This document shows positions 20,001 to 29,375 of a DNA stretch of 64,000 bases, in pieces (within the stretch, counting starts at the first letter, position 1; the number at the start of each line of letters is the position of its first letter). The position numbers were made by a program, and so were the translations under genes. The stretch lies in the NCBI GenBank assembly GCA_017510825.1, contig JAFWMA010000015.1, positions 23,707 to 87,706 of the forward strand, in the 5' to 3' direction. Source of the DNA: Clostridia bacterium. Its GTDB lineage: Bacteria > Bacillota > Clostridia > TANB77 > CAG-508. A model generated the notes under the pieces. That model searched no databases, was not told the origin of the DNA, and saw only the letters and a list, made by a program, of their open reading frames with translations.

Positions 20001-21527
20001 TGATCCTGTTTTACTATCTTTTTTAATAATAGTTATACTTCCTGTTGGTTCTTCATCAATTACTCCCTCAACATTTAGGTATATTACTTTTGTTAGTTCG
20101 TCTTTATATTTAAGTTCTGCATCAAATTCTTTAGTATTCAACAAATATCCATCAGGAGCATTTGTTTCTTTAACATAGTAATGACCTATATGTAAATTAG
20201 TAAATGTTACCATTCCGTCTGCATTAGTAGTTGCTTTTGTTATTAAATCTCCTTTTTTATGCCATGTAATTGTTCCTGCTACATTCTTAATGTCTTCTTT
20301 TGCATATAAAGAAATTTCTGCGTCTTTTAGTTTATTATTATAATCATCTGTCTTATATACTTTGACTTCTCCTGTAGGTTCTGTATTTACAACTGCTTGA
20401 GTTGCAGTTTGATTTACTTTAACTTCTACATCATAAGCTTTTGTATCAATTAAATAACCATAAGGAACTGATTTTTCAACTATTGTATAAGTTCCTTTCT
20501 TTAGTTTTTCTATTGTTATTTTTCCATTTGTTACTTCTACATCTTTGTTATAATCATTTGGTCCTCTAACATTAAATACTGCACCATTAACTAAATCTCC
20601 ATTTGTATTTAATTTTTGAAGTTCAATTTTACCAAATGCTTCAATTTTTAATGACATTCTAAAAGAGATAGGATCATTATAATGCATTGAATACAATTGA
20701 TTTTGTACTCCATCTCTAAATTCAAAATAAATCATTGTATCATTATCTTGTGTATCTTCTCTTATTAATCCCCATGACTTAAATGTTGAGTCTGAAATAT
20801 TATAATTTTCAAGAGTTGTATTTTCATCAACTGAAATTGTTAAAGTATTTTCTCCTTTGTTGTGTGTAAATGTTATTCCATCTTGAGTTCTATTTACACT
20901 TTCATATTTTGAAAACACACCATAATCATCAGATATTGTTTTACTTTCTCCTGCTTGTACTGTTATAGTTGCTCCATCAAAACTTGGTCTTCTTTCCATA
21001 TCTGCAATTTGATTTTCAATATTGTTTTTGAAATTTTCATAATCAGCTTGAACTGAACCATCTATAAATGTTGCACTACTTTGTCCTAATACTTCCCAAA
21101 TATATTGTTGTGTAAATACATAATCTTGTTTTACCCATTTCATATCACTTGCAGTAATTCCACCATCTACGGCATAATCTCCATATTGAGAATACCACCC
21201 TAGGTAAGCTACCTTACATGCTTTTTTGATTGTTGAATTGCTTGGAGTATAATATTCTCCATTGTATGCTGTACTAGTTGCAAACTCAACACCATGTTCA
21301 GCACAGAACACAGTCTTTTTCTCCATTGTGTTTAAATCAATTAAATATCTAATAATAATGCCATATTGTGTATTTGCATTATCAGTTGTTTTCATATATG
21401 AGGCATATTGTCCTCCTGCATATCTTCCACTACCTGATGCTGCAAATATTGGCGTTGCATTAGTAATAAATAAAATCATTAACATTAAAAATGCTATAAT
21501 TTTCTTAAATTTTGATGTTTTTATCAT
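17016..21527 (-). CDS. SpaA/CnaB isopeptide-domain surface adhesin, sortase-anchored
   Basis: Signal peptide, repeated GTYxxxExxAPxGY prealbumin-like domains, tandem ~85-90-aa repeats, C-terminal TPKTGD + TM + basic tail; ATG at 21527 after GGAGG. Confidence 0.9.
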   Translation of the reverse strand: MIKTSKFKKIIAFLMLMILFITNATPIFAASGSGRYAGGQYASYMKTTDNANTQYGIIIRYLIDLNTMEKKTVFCAEHGVEFATSTAYNGEYYTPSNSTIKKACKVAYLGWYSQYGDYAVDGGITASDMKWVKQDYVFTQQYIWEVLGQSSATFIDGSVQADYENFKNNIENQIADMERRPSFDGATITVQAGESKTISDDYGVFSKYESVNRTQDGITFTHNKGENTLTISVDENTTLENYNISDSTFKSWGLIREDTQDNDTMIYFEFRDGVQNQLYSMHYNDPISFRMSLKIEAFGKIELQKLNTNGDLVNGAVFNVRGPNDYNKDVEVTNGKITIEKLKKGTYTIVEKSVPYGYLIDTKAYDVEVKVNQTATQAVVNTEPTGEVKVYKTDDYNNKLKDAEISLYAKEDIKNVAGTITWHKKGDLITKATTNADGMVTFTNLHIGHYYVKETNAPDGYLLNTKEFDAELKYKDELTKVIYLNVEGVIDEEPTGSITIIKKDSKTGSVPQGDAIFTGAVYKVYAKEDIYNKARTKKFYSNGDLVATRTMDEKGKTEDITELPLGKYVVKEDRASLGYMLDTKEYEVNLVYKDQNTPVISNTTTSLEKVKEMGVHVFKSGIKVNSGETPGLEGAEFTIKLNSAVEKAYEQGYTYAEVWNGIDENGNKVNVNSQRVSEAQVIAPTYEVIKTDKDGNAYTQKNLPYGKFIVKETKTPTDYETAVDFTFSITDDETEIQEIPKKTKHIVVNNEQLESYIKIVKKDLKTGKNVTLNSTTFEIKATKDIYDRATKKILFKKGEAISQKIGNTTYTSFTTNADNIVVPDNSFNTENDNKAEVTTPLKLPVGSYEITEIRVPNGFLQLDKPVTFEIKNIKDYDTDKDGDFIKEVVVKNEQPTGRILLDKEIAIRENVDTSLIDTSDLSGIEFKLIAKEDIIDMADGSKIYTKGQEINKYNLTKDGKLTISELPMGTYEIEETKTLDGLVLNRDKYEVKFTQKDLVTKVYDEQLNISNDTTLFDFSKTDVTGDKELPGAKLTITDKEGNVVDEWTSTENKHTIEGLVIGKEYIMTEVIAPDGYVKATSISFKVEDTKEVQHVQMKDKIVDMTKTDIGGEEIEGAEIKVFDEEGNIIDEWTSSKEPHKINGLEEGKKYVLHEEVAPDGYVKATDIGFEVTTDKENQHIDLIDKIVEISKEDIAGEEIEGAKLQVLDKDNNVIEEWTSTKEPHKVTGLTEGETYKLHEEVAIGDYVKASDVEFKVTLEKETQKVVMIDKLVEIVKTDLVTGEEIEGAELQIVDEEGNIIDEWTSTKEPHKVPGLEEGKKYTLIEKTAPYGYELTEKIEFEVTTDKETQKVEMKDMPILKNIKINKVDSETKETIKEKFSFGIYRDSECSDLIAEIEANKEDGFVIFKDLRYGTYYIKETKAPKGYELSEKIVKVEINDKGIFVDDTLVEETDNTITFDFEDKLIPTPKTGDNSYLRLAFGIVLLAVLGLVWIIIKFFKGKKN

Positions 21528-21606
21528 CTTTAATTCCTCCATTTCTTTGTTTTTAAGCACAAAAAAGAACAAGTATTTTTACTTGTTCTTGCGTCTTATT
21601 ATTTAA

Positions 21607-22284
21607 TTATCTATAATAAAAATTTATAGTCCACTTTCCACAAAATGGACAACTCCATACTTCATATCCATACGGACAATTTTTATCATAGGTTTCTGAA
21701 TCTATTTCAAATCTTTCCCATTTATCTCCCCATGTTTTTTGTATTCCATCAAAGTAATTTATAGCTTCTTGTTGTGTATTGAACCATTTGTTTGAATTTC
21801 CAACTCCTACACCATGATTAGATCCATTACATTTTGGAGTTACAGGTTCAGGTTCTTTTATAGGTTCAGGTTTTGTTTCAACAACGTTAGGTTCTTCCTT
21901 TGGTTGTGAAACTTCTTTTGTTTCTTCAACAATAGGTGCTTTTGTTTCTTCTTTTCTTTTATCTTCTTTTGTTATCTTTTCTTCTCTCTTCTCTTCTTCT
22001 GCGTTACGTAACGTTATAGTAACGTTACTATTTTCAGATGTTATTTCTTCATTTTCCCTATCATTACTTAATTCTAGCTCATTTTCCTTTTCTAAATTTT
22101 CGGATAATTTTCCAAAATCTTCGTTAGAACTTTCGCTAATCATCGTATTTTCTTCGAAGTTTATCGTATTATCTTCAGACTTTGTTGTAACATTTTCAGA
22201 TAATCTTTGCTTATTGTTTGTATAAATATTTCCTCCCACAAAAGTTGTAAGCATTATTATTAAAATTATTATTAATTTTTTCAT
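21607..22284 (-). CDS. Secreted/membrane-anchored hypothetical protein with E/K/P-rich linker and Cys-containing C-terminal domain
   Basis: N-terminal hydrophobic segment; C-terminal CPYGYEVWSCPFCGKWTINFYY. Confidence 0.75.
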   Translation of the reverse strand: MKKLIIILIIMLTTFVGGNIYTNNKQRLSENVTTKSEDNTINFEENTMISESSNEDFGKLSENLEKENELELSNDRENEEITSENSNVTITLRNAEEEKREEKITKEDKRKEETKAPIVEETKEVSQPKEEPNVVETKPEPIKEPEPVTPKCNGSNHGVGVGNSNKWFNTQQEAINYFDGIQKTWGDKWERFEIDSETYDKNCPYGYEVWSCPFCGKWTINFYYR

Positions 22285-22451
22285 AATCAATCATCTCCTT
22301 ATAAATCAATTATAAATGACTAATTAGAAAAAATCCAAAGTCTAATTTTTATATTTATATATTTATTATTATATATAATATTCTCTTCTTAGTTAGTAAT
22401 AATAGATAGTATAGGATAGGGATTGTAAGGGGAAGGAATGTGTTACACGAA

Positions 22452-23402
22452 TTATCTTGCATGTTCTCTTTCTTTATCGTGCCATTTTTGATAATAGCTT
22501 TCTAAAAATTCATGTATTACATCATTTATCTTATCGTTAGTATAATTCTCTGGAAAATATTTGCGTATATCTCTATACTTTATGTGCTGATTTTCTTTTT
22601 GATTTGGTTTTTCTTCACCTAATATTTCTTCCAGTTTTTCGTCTGTAAGTCTGTTTTCTTGAAACATCTTTTTTAATTTTATTGCTTGACCAACAGATGG
22701 ACTAACCATATCAAATTCAATTTTATTTAAAACAAGATACTGGAATTCATCATCTAAAAAAGATAAATGTTCTGCTTGAGATATTCCCAATTCTTTATTA
22801 TCTACTTTTTCAAGTAATTCAGGAATTAAATAAGTTAATCTAATATATCTTTTTATTTGACTAACACTTTCTCCTACTTGTTCTGATAAAATTTCATTTG
22901 ACCTTTTGAACTTCGGTTCATTTTGGTCCGAAGTATTATTTTCTTCTAAATCTACTCTTTTTCCTTGATGTTTCATTGCCTCTAATTTCATTTTTAATGA
23001 AAAAGCTCGTTCACTTGGCAATACTTCTTCTCTTTGTATATTTGAATCTACCATTAAAATAGTAGCTTCATCATCTGTTAAATCTTTTACAATAGCGTCA
23101 ATTTCTGTTAATCCTGCAATTGATGCTGCTAGTTTTCTTCTGTGTCCACTTATCATTTCATAAGTCCCATCTTTTTTAGGTCTTACTATAGTAGGAAATA
23201 TTACTCCTTCTTCTCTAATGCTATCGACTAGCTTTGCTAATTTATCATCTTTAACAACTTTAAAAGGATGATTTGGAAAGTCTGATATATTTTTTATTGG
23301 AATCTTTATTACTTTTTCTAACTTTTCATCCTCTCTTTGTTCTTGAGTAGAAAATAAATCATCTAGCGATGGCAACTTTATATTGGCTCTGTTGTCGTTC
23401 AC
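22452..23402 (-). CDS. parB: ParB/Spo0J family partition protein
   Basis: FPNHPFKV, YEMISGHRR CTPase motif, MVDSNIQRE, HTH; GTG start at 23402 after AGGAGG. Confidence 0.9.
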   Translation of the reverse strand: MNDNRANIKLPSLDDLFSTQEQREDEKLEKVIKIPIKNISDFPNHPFKVVKDDKLAKLVDSIREEGVIFPTIVRPKKDGTYEMISGHRRKLAASIAGLTEIDAIVKDLTDDEATILMVDSNIQREEVLPSERAFSLKMKLEAMKHQGKRVDLEENNTSDQNEPKFKRSNEILSEQVGESVSQIKRYIRLTYLIPELLEKVDNKELGISQAEHLSFLDDEFQYLVLNKIEFDMVSPSVGQAIKLKKMFQENRLTDEKLEEILGEEKPNQKENQHIKYRDIRKYFPENYTNDKINDVIHEFLESYYQKWHDKEREHAR

Positions 23403-24180
23403 TATGTAACACCTCCTTTGCAAAATTTTCGTAAGCCTTGGCTACTGTTCCGTTTTTGTCATACTCAAATATGCTTTTTCCTCTTATACTAGCCTCTGCC
23501 GTTTTTATAGCAATAGGTATTTCTGTATCATATATTTTTACATATTGCCCATAAGTTTCTTCAAGTTCATTTCTAATATCTTTTGCTAAATTTGTTCTTT
23601 TATCAACAAGCGTAAGTAATATTCCTTTAACTTTCAGCTCTGGATTTATTGTTTTATTAACTTTCTTTATTGTATCGAACAAATATGTCATTCCTTTTGC
23701 AGCAAGATATTGACTTTGAACTGGAATTATAATCTCATCACTTGTTGCTAAACAATTTAGTGGCAATAGTCCTAATGACGGCATGCAATCAATTAAAATA
23801 TAATCGTAGTTATCTTTTATATTAGATAAGACATTCTTTAATATATATTCCCTACTCATTGCATTGTTTAAACTTAATTCTACTGCTGATAAACTAATAT
23901 CAGATGGAATTAAATCAACATTTTCTTTATTATGAATTATAGCGTCATTTACATTTATTCCGTCATAATCTGTTATTTCAGCTTGCATTAAGTGAGCAAG
24001 TGTTATGGGCATATCTTCTTGATTATAATAGCCTAAACATGTTGTAAGATTTCCTTGAGGATCTGCATCTATAAGCAAAACTTTTTTGCCTTCATTCGCC
24101 AAGGCTACTCCTAAAGATAAAGTTGTTGTTGTTTTTCCAACTCCACCTTTTTGATTGGCTATAGCTATAATTTCAGCCAT
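23359..24180 (-). CDS. parA: ParA/Soj family ATPase
   Basis: NQKGGVGKTTT deviant Walker A, DADPQGNLT, YDYILIDCMPSLG. Confidence 0.93.
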   Translation of the reverse strand: MAEIIAIANQKGGVGKTTTTLSLGVALANEGKKVLLIDADPQGNLTTCLGYYNQEDMPITLAHLMQAEITDYDGINVNDAIIHNKENVDLIPSDISLSAVELSLNNAMSREYILKNVLSNIKDNYDYILIDCMPSLGLLPLNCLATSDEIIIPVQSQYLAAKGMTYLFDTIKKVNKTINPELKVKGILLTLVDKRTNLAKDIRNELEETYGQYVKIYDTEIPIAIKTAEASIRGKSIFEYDKNGTVAKAYENFAKEVLHSERQQSQYKVAIAR

Positions 24181-24236
24181 ATTTTACCTCCTTTCTTATA
24201 TTCTTGTGATTGAGAGAAGATAAAAATATTTGTAAT

Positions 24237-25499
24237 TTACTTAACTTTTACTAATTCTTCGAAATCGCTTGCTAAAGCATTTTGCATTTTATTTGTAACT
24301 CTAACATATATCTCATAAGTTGTTTTTATGTTGCTATGACCTAATCTTTGTGAAACTGCTTTTATATCAGCACCTCCTTCTATGAGTTTAGTTGCATGCG
24401 TATCTCTAAAATCGTGAAACCTACAATTTATTCCTAATTCATAATGAATAACTTTAAAAGGATATTTACATGTATCTGTCCCTTCAAAAACACCATTTCT
24501 TTTAACAAATACTAAAGGAACTTCATCAAGTGCAACATCAATTTCCGAATATGCATTTACAATTTTTATTTCAGGCTTTTTATTGTAATAATTCTCTGTT
24601 ATTTTTCTGTAATGTTTCATATATAAATCGCCATAATCTTTTCTATCTTGTTCTTGTTCCTGTTTGTACTTTTTCAATGCTTCCACTAATGTATCTCCAA
24701 TTGGTATAGTTCTATAGCTTGATTCAGTTTTACATGTTCCAAAATACCATACTGTTGTTGAATTGCCACTTAAATGTCTTTGTTTTGTAGTTCCTAATTG
24801 ATTTTTTTTAATAATATTCTTATTAACAGTTAATGTCTTTTTTTCAAAATCAATATCATTCCATGTTAGTGCAAATACTTCTGACACTCTTAATCCTGTA
24901 AAATATGCCGTCATAATTGCATAATACATACAATGATTTTTCTTAAATCTGTTTAAAATTTTTTCTATTTCATTATCCGTAAATATATGAGCAGGATCTT
25001 CTGGTGGAATATCGTATTTAGGTAATTTTACTCTTAAAGCAGGATTGTTTTTAATCATTTCTTTATCTAAAGCATAATTAAAAGAACCTTTTATAACTTT
25101 TAATATATTCTTCATAAAATTTTTACTAAACCCTTTATTTACATATATTCCATTAACAAATTCTTGTAATGTGCTAATTGTAATTTGATTTAACCTATAA
25201 AAACCTATTCCTGGTTTTACATGATTTTTAATTATATTTTCATAAGCTTGAATTGTGTGATATTTTAAGTTTACATGGCAATAGTTTTCTAGCCAAAAAT
25301 CTAGATAATCACTATAGCTCATTATTTCTGGTGTAAAACTATGACCTGTATTGATATATTCAGCCTCTGCTTTAACGCCAGCCTCAACAGCCTCCTTTCT
25401 TGTCTTAAAACCTGATTTTGAAATTCTTTGTCTTTTTCCATTAATTTTTGCTATTTCAAATTGATACTGATAAACATTTCCTCTTTTAGTAACATTCAT
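24237..25499 (-). CDS. int: Tyrosine integrase with N-terminal arm-binding domain
   Basis: GKRQRISKSGFKTRKEA arm domain; GLRVSEV (R), FHDFRDTH (HxxR), RLGHS, catalytic Y; ATG at 25499 after GGAGG. Confidence 0.95.
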   Translation of the reverse strand: MNVTKRGNVYQYQFEIAKINGKRQRISKSGFKTRKEAVEAGVKAEAEYINTGHSFTPEIMSYSDYLDFWLENYCHVNLKYHTIQAYENIIKNHVKPGIGFYRLNQITISTLQEFVNGIYVNKGFSKNFMKNILKVIKGSFNYALDKEMIKNNPALRVKLPKYDIPPEDPAHIFTDNEIEKILNRFKKNHCMYYAIMTAYFTGLRVSEVFALTWNDIDFEKKTLTVNKNIIKKNQLGTTKQRHLSGNSTTVWYFGTCKTESSYRTIPIGDTLVEALKKYKQEQEQDRKDYGDLYMKHYRKITENYYNKKPEIKIVNAYSEIDVALDEVPLVFVKRNGVFEGTDTCKYPFKVIHYELGINCRFHDFRDTHATKLIEGGADIKAVSQRLGHSNIKTTYEIYVRVTNKMQNALASDFEELVKVK

Positions 25500-25544
25500 A
25501 ATAAATACCTCCAATAATTTATTTAATTCAAATTTCACAAAAAA

Positions 25545-25578
25545 ATAGAGTCAACATTCAAAAATGTTAACTCCATTG
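25545..25578 (-). terminator. Terminator insulating int from secA read-through
   Basis: Minus strand GGAGTTAACATT...AATGTTGACTCT followed by U-run. Confidence 0.6.
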
Positions 25579-25610
25579 ACTATTTATTTAATTATTAACG
25601 GCATTTATTA

Positions 25611-25646
25611 ATAATACATATAATACATATAATACATATAATACAA
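25611..25646. repeat. 9-bp tandem repeat ATAATACAT (~4 copies)
   Basis: Direct reading of 25611-25646. Confidence 0.9.
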
Positions 25647-25653
25647 CAACTAA

Positions 25654-25757
25654 TTTTGTTGGCATTTTGTTGGCGAGTCTGTAAGTGTTTATATTACTGC
25701 CTTTTCAGATTTGTTGCCAACATTTTTTTAAATTTGGTCAACAAATCGCCAACATTT
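25654..25757. repeat. Putative integrase arm-type sites
   Basis: TTTTGTTGGC x2 (25654, 25665) and oppositely oriented GCCAACATTT x2 (25716, 25748). Confidence 0.65.
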
Positions 25758-25808
25758 CTTATTTTTTGCCATATTTTTTAAATATTAAATTTCTTGTATT
25801 CCTTGATA

Positions 25809-28559
25809 TTACTGGTTTTTGCCACAGCAATTTTTATATTTTTTCCCACTTCCACATGGACAAGGATCATTTCTTCCAACCTTTGGGCTGTCATTTACAA
25901 CAGTTTTATTTATTCCTCCTTCTTTAGGAGAAATTTTACCATCAACTAATTCAATAGCATCTTTCTCTTGTTGTAATTTTGTGTCTGTAATTTGAGCTGA
26001 CTCTTTTCTAGAAGCTCCTTCATCTCTTTGAGTAACATGCATCATAACCTTTACAACATCATATTTAATATCATAAACCATTTCGTCAAACATATCTCCA
26101 CCTTCAGTTCTATAAACAACAACTGGGTCATGTTGTCCATAAGCACGAAGCCCAACACCGTTTTTTAGTTCATCCATATTATCGATATGTTCCATCCATT
26201 TTTGGTCAACTACTTTTAATAATACAACTCTTTCAAGCTCTCTTAATGTTTCACCGAATCTCTCTGATTTATCATCATATATTTTCTTAGCTTCCTTTTG
26301 TAATTCATTAATTACATCTTCAACATCAAATTTGTTTTTCTTTAATACTTTTAAATTTTCAATTCCAAAAACATCAAATACTTCTTGAGATAGTCCTTTT
26401 TTATCTTTAGATTCATCAGTGATATAAATTGATGCAACTGTTTCGGCTACTGAATTAATCATATCAGTAATGTTATTTTGCAAGTTCTCCCCATCAAGAA
26501 CTTCTCTTCTTTGAGCATAAATAATCTCTCTTTGTTTGTTCATTACATCATCATAATTAAGGACATTCTTTCTAATACTGAAGTTTCTGCCTTCTACTTT
26601 CTTTTGAGCATTTTCAACAGCTTTAGAAATCATTCTTGAAGCTATTGGCATATCATCACTAACACCAATTCTATCATAGACACTAGTAATAGCTTTGCCA
26701 CCAAAAATTTTCATTAAGTCGTCATCTAGTGCAATATAAAATCTTGACATACCAGGATCACCTTGACGTCCAGAACGACCTCTTAATTGGTTATCAATAC
26801 GTCTTGACTCATGTCTTTCAGTACCAATAATTTTAAGCCCACCAGCTTCTATAACTTTTTCTTTTTCATCTTCAATTCCTTTATCGTATTTTGCGACTAA
26901 TTTCCTAAATTCTTCACGTCTCTTTAAGATCTTTTCATCATCTGTTTCATTAAAAGCAGTTGCCTCTTCTATTTCTTCATAGGTATATTTATTTCTCATC
27001 TCTTGCTTAGCCAAATATTCACTATTACCACCTAAAACAATATCAGTACCACGACCAGCCATATTTGTTGCAATAGTTACAGCCTTATATTTACCAGCTT
27101 GAGCAATAATTTCAGCTTCTTTTTCATGGAACTTAGCATTTAAAACTTGGTGAGGTATTTTCTCCTTAGTAAGCATTTTACTAAGTTTTTCAGATTTATC
27201 AATAGAAACTGTACCAACAAGAACTGGTTGTCCTTTTTCATAAGATTCTTTAATATCTTTAACAACAGCTCTAAATTTTGCTTCCATATTTTTGTATATA
27301 ACATCTGCCTCATCTTTTCTAATCATAGGCTTATTTGTTGGAATTGCAATAACATCTAATTTATAAATTTCCTCAAACTCTTGTTCTTCTGTCATTGCTG
27401 TACCAGTCATTCCAGATAATTTTCCATACATTCTAAAGTAATTTTGGAATGTAATATTTGCAAGTGTTTTTGATTCATCTGCAACTTTAACATGCTCTTT
27501 AGCTTCAATTGCTTGATGAAGACCATTATTGTATCTTCTACCATACATAATACGTCCAGTAAATTCATCAACAATTAAAACTTGTCCTTCTTTAACAATA
27601 TAGTCTACATCTTTTTTCATTATTCCATGTGCTCTTAACGCTTGATTAACAGCATGTACTAATTCTGAGTTTTGTAAATCATTAAAGTTCTCAAGTCCAA
27701 ATTCTTCTTCAGCCTTCTTAATACCTTTTTGAGTTAAAGTAGATGCTTTTGCCTTTAAGTCAATGATGTAATCATATTTTTCATTATCTTCTTCCTGATC
27801 TAAATCTTTTACATCCTCTTCAATTAAGGTCTTTGACTCTAATTTGCTTACAAATCTATCAGCTCTTCTATATATATCAGATGCCTCATTAGCACGACCA
27901 GAAATAATAAGTGGTGTACGCGCTTCATCAATTAAGATACTATCAATTTCATCGACAATTGCATAATTAAGTTCTCTTTGAACTAATTGATTTTTATATA
28001 CAACCATGTTATCTCTTAAATAGTCAAATCCAAACTCATTGTTTGTTCCATAGGTTATGTCACAATTGTATGCTTTCTGTTTTTCATTAGGTTTCATTTG
28101 ACTAATAACAAGTCCAACTGAAAGTCCCAAAAAATTATATAATTTTCCCATCCATTCACTATCTCTTTTAGCAAGATAATCATTTACGGTAATAATATGT
28201 ACTCCCTTACCTTCTAGTGCATTTAGATATGCAGGTAAAGTAGCAACTAAAGTTTTTCCTTCACCAGTTTTCATTTCGGCAATTCTACCTTGATGTAGAA
28301 CCATACCACCAATTAGCTGAACATCAAAATGTCTCATTCCTAAAACTCTTTTAGATGCTTCCCTAACAACAGCAAATGCCTCTGGTAATATATCATCTAA
28401 AGTTTTACCTTTATTTAACTGTTTTTTAAAATACTCTGTTTTTGCTTTCAATTTTTCATCTGAAAGTTTCTTCATTTCTGGTTCTAATGCATTTATTTTA
28501 TTAATTGTTGGCATTAGTCTTTTAACTTCTTTTTCACTATATGATTTAAATAATCCCAT
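25809..28559 (-). CDS. secA: Preprotein translocase ATPase SecA
   Basis: [30 protein letters not shown]-terminal [23 protein letters not shown] motif. Confidence 0.99.
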   Translation of the reverse strand: MGLFKSYSEKEVKRLMPTINKINALEPEMKKLSDEKLKAKTEYFKKQLNKGKTLDDILPEAFAVVREASKRVLGMRHFDVQLIGGMVLHQGRIAEMKTGEGKTLVATLPAYLNALEGKGVHIITVNDYLAKRDSEWMGKLYNFLGLSVGLVISQMKPNEKQKAYNCDITYGTNNEFGFDYLRDNMVVYKNQLVQRELNYAIVDEIDSILIDEARTPLIISGRANEASDIYRRADRFVSKLESKTLIEEDVKDLDQEEDNEKYDYIIDLKAKASTLTQKGIKKAEEEFGLENFNDLQNSELVHAVNQALRAHGIMKKDVDYIVKEGQVLIVDEFTGRIMYGRRYNNGLHQAIEAKEHVKVADESKTLANITFQNYFRMYGKLSGMTGTAMTEEQEFEEIYKLDVIAIPTNKPMIRKDEADVIYKNMEAKFRAVVKDIKESYEKGQPVLVGTVSIDKSEKLSKMLTKEKIPHQVLNAKFHEKEAEIIAQAGKYKAVTIATNMAGRGTDIVLGGNSEYLAKQEMRNKYTYEEIEEATAFNETDDEKILKRREEFRKLVAKYDKGIEDEKEKVIEAGGLKIIGTERHESRRIDNQLRGRSGRQGDPGMSRFYIALDDDLMKIFGGKAITSVYDRIGVSDDMPIASRMISKAVENAQKKVEGRNFSIRKNVLNYDDVMNKQREIIYAQRREVLDGENLQNNITDMINSVAETVASIYITDESKDKKGLSQEVFDVFGIENLKVLKKNKFDVEDVINELQKEAKKIYDDKSERFGETLRELERVVLLKVVDQKWMEHIDNMDELKNGVGLRAYGQHDPVVVYRTEGGDMFDEMVYDIKYDVVKVMMHVTQRDEGASRKESAQITDTKLQQEKDAIELVDGKISPKEGGINKTVVNDSPKVGRNDPCPCGSGKKYKNCCGKNQ

Positions 28560-28779
28560 TGATAATCCTTTCCTTAATTATATTTAATTTGCAAAACAAT
28601 TATTTATATAAAATAATACTTATTTACTATACCACTTAATTGAATATTTGGCAAGGTTTTTGGGAGTAAAAACTTAAATTTAGAAATAAGAATTTTTCAG
28701 TCGCCTCTCATATCCAAATTAACAAATCATGAATATAATACAAGCACTATAAATACTATTAAATGAAAGTGAGGCATAT

Positions 28780-29298
28780 ATGTTTATATTTAATTTAAAA
28801 ATAAATAGGAATAAATTTTTAAAGATTTTCAAATTTATAATAATTGTTTTAGCAATAATAATTATTATCCTATCCATATTTACAATTTTTCAAAAATCAA
28901 AATCTGAACAGAATAGTTTTGATAAAATTCAAGATAGCACGTTGAAAATAGAAAGTAACAATTATACAAATTTTCTAAAAGAATGTCATGAAAACATAAA
29001 TAAATACTTAGATAAAAAAGTTAAAATAACAGGATATGTCTATAGATTGCCAGATTTTTCAGATAATCAATTTGTATTAGCTAGAACAATGTTAATTAAC
29101 TCAAATAGTCAGGCTGTAGTTGTAGGAATACTTAGTGAATTTGAAAATGCAAAAGATATTAAAGATTACTCTTGGATAGAAATTAGTGGAACAATAGTAA
29201 AAGGAAATTACTATGGAGAGCTTCCAATTCTAAAAGCAAACGAAATAAAAGAAACCCAAACACCAGAAGAGGAATTTGTTCATGAACCTACAGATTAA
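28780..29298 (+). CDS. Membrane-anchored protein, DUF1980/TIGR03943 C-terminal-like
   Basis: N-terminal TM; KVKITGYVYR...QFVLAR...WIEISGTI pattern. Confidence 0.6.
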   Translation: MFIFNLKINRNKFLKIFKFIIIVLAIIIIILSIFTIFQKSKSEQNSFDKIQDSTLKIESNNYTNFLKECHENINKYLDKKVKITGYVYRLPDFSDNQFVLARTMLINSNSQAVVVGILSEFENAKDIKDYSWIEISGTIVKGNYYGELPILKANEIKETQTPEEEFVHEPTD

Positions 29299-29375
29299 AT
29301 TAATTTTGCGGAAATAATATGTAGCAATAGTATAATCCCTTTTTGTATCAAGATTTTTAAATTCACTAAAAAATG

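Larger units (their letters stand above)
1..25820 (-). mobile_element. Integrative conjugative element (MOBP relaxase, T4SS, tyrosine integrase); left end outside window, right end at secA 3' end
   Basis: Co-oriented int, parAB, adhesin, methylase-helicase, mobC/relaxase, virD4, virB6, prgI, virB4; repeat-rich att-like region at 25545-25820; housekeeping genes resume at secA. Confidence 0.93.

Noticed and set aside
22441-22456. TGTTACACG as a canonical parS
   Set aside because: Only a half-site; the second half (AATTATC) does not match TGAAACA
25611-25757. Repeats near int as a CRISPR array
   Set aside because: Units are 9-11 bp without unique spacers; no cas genes in the window
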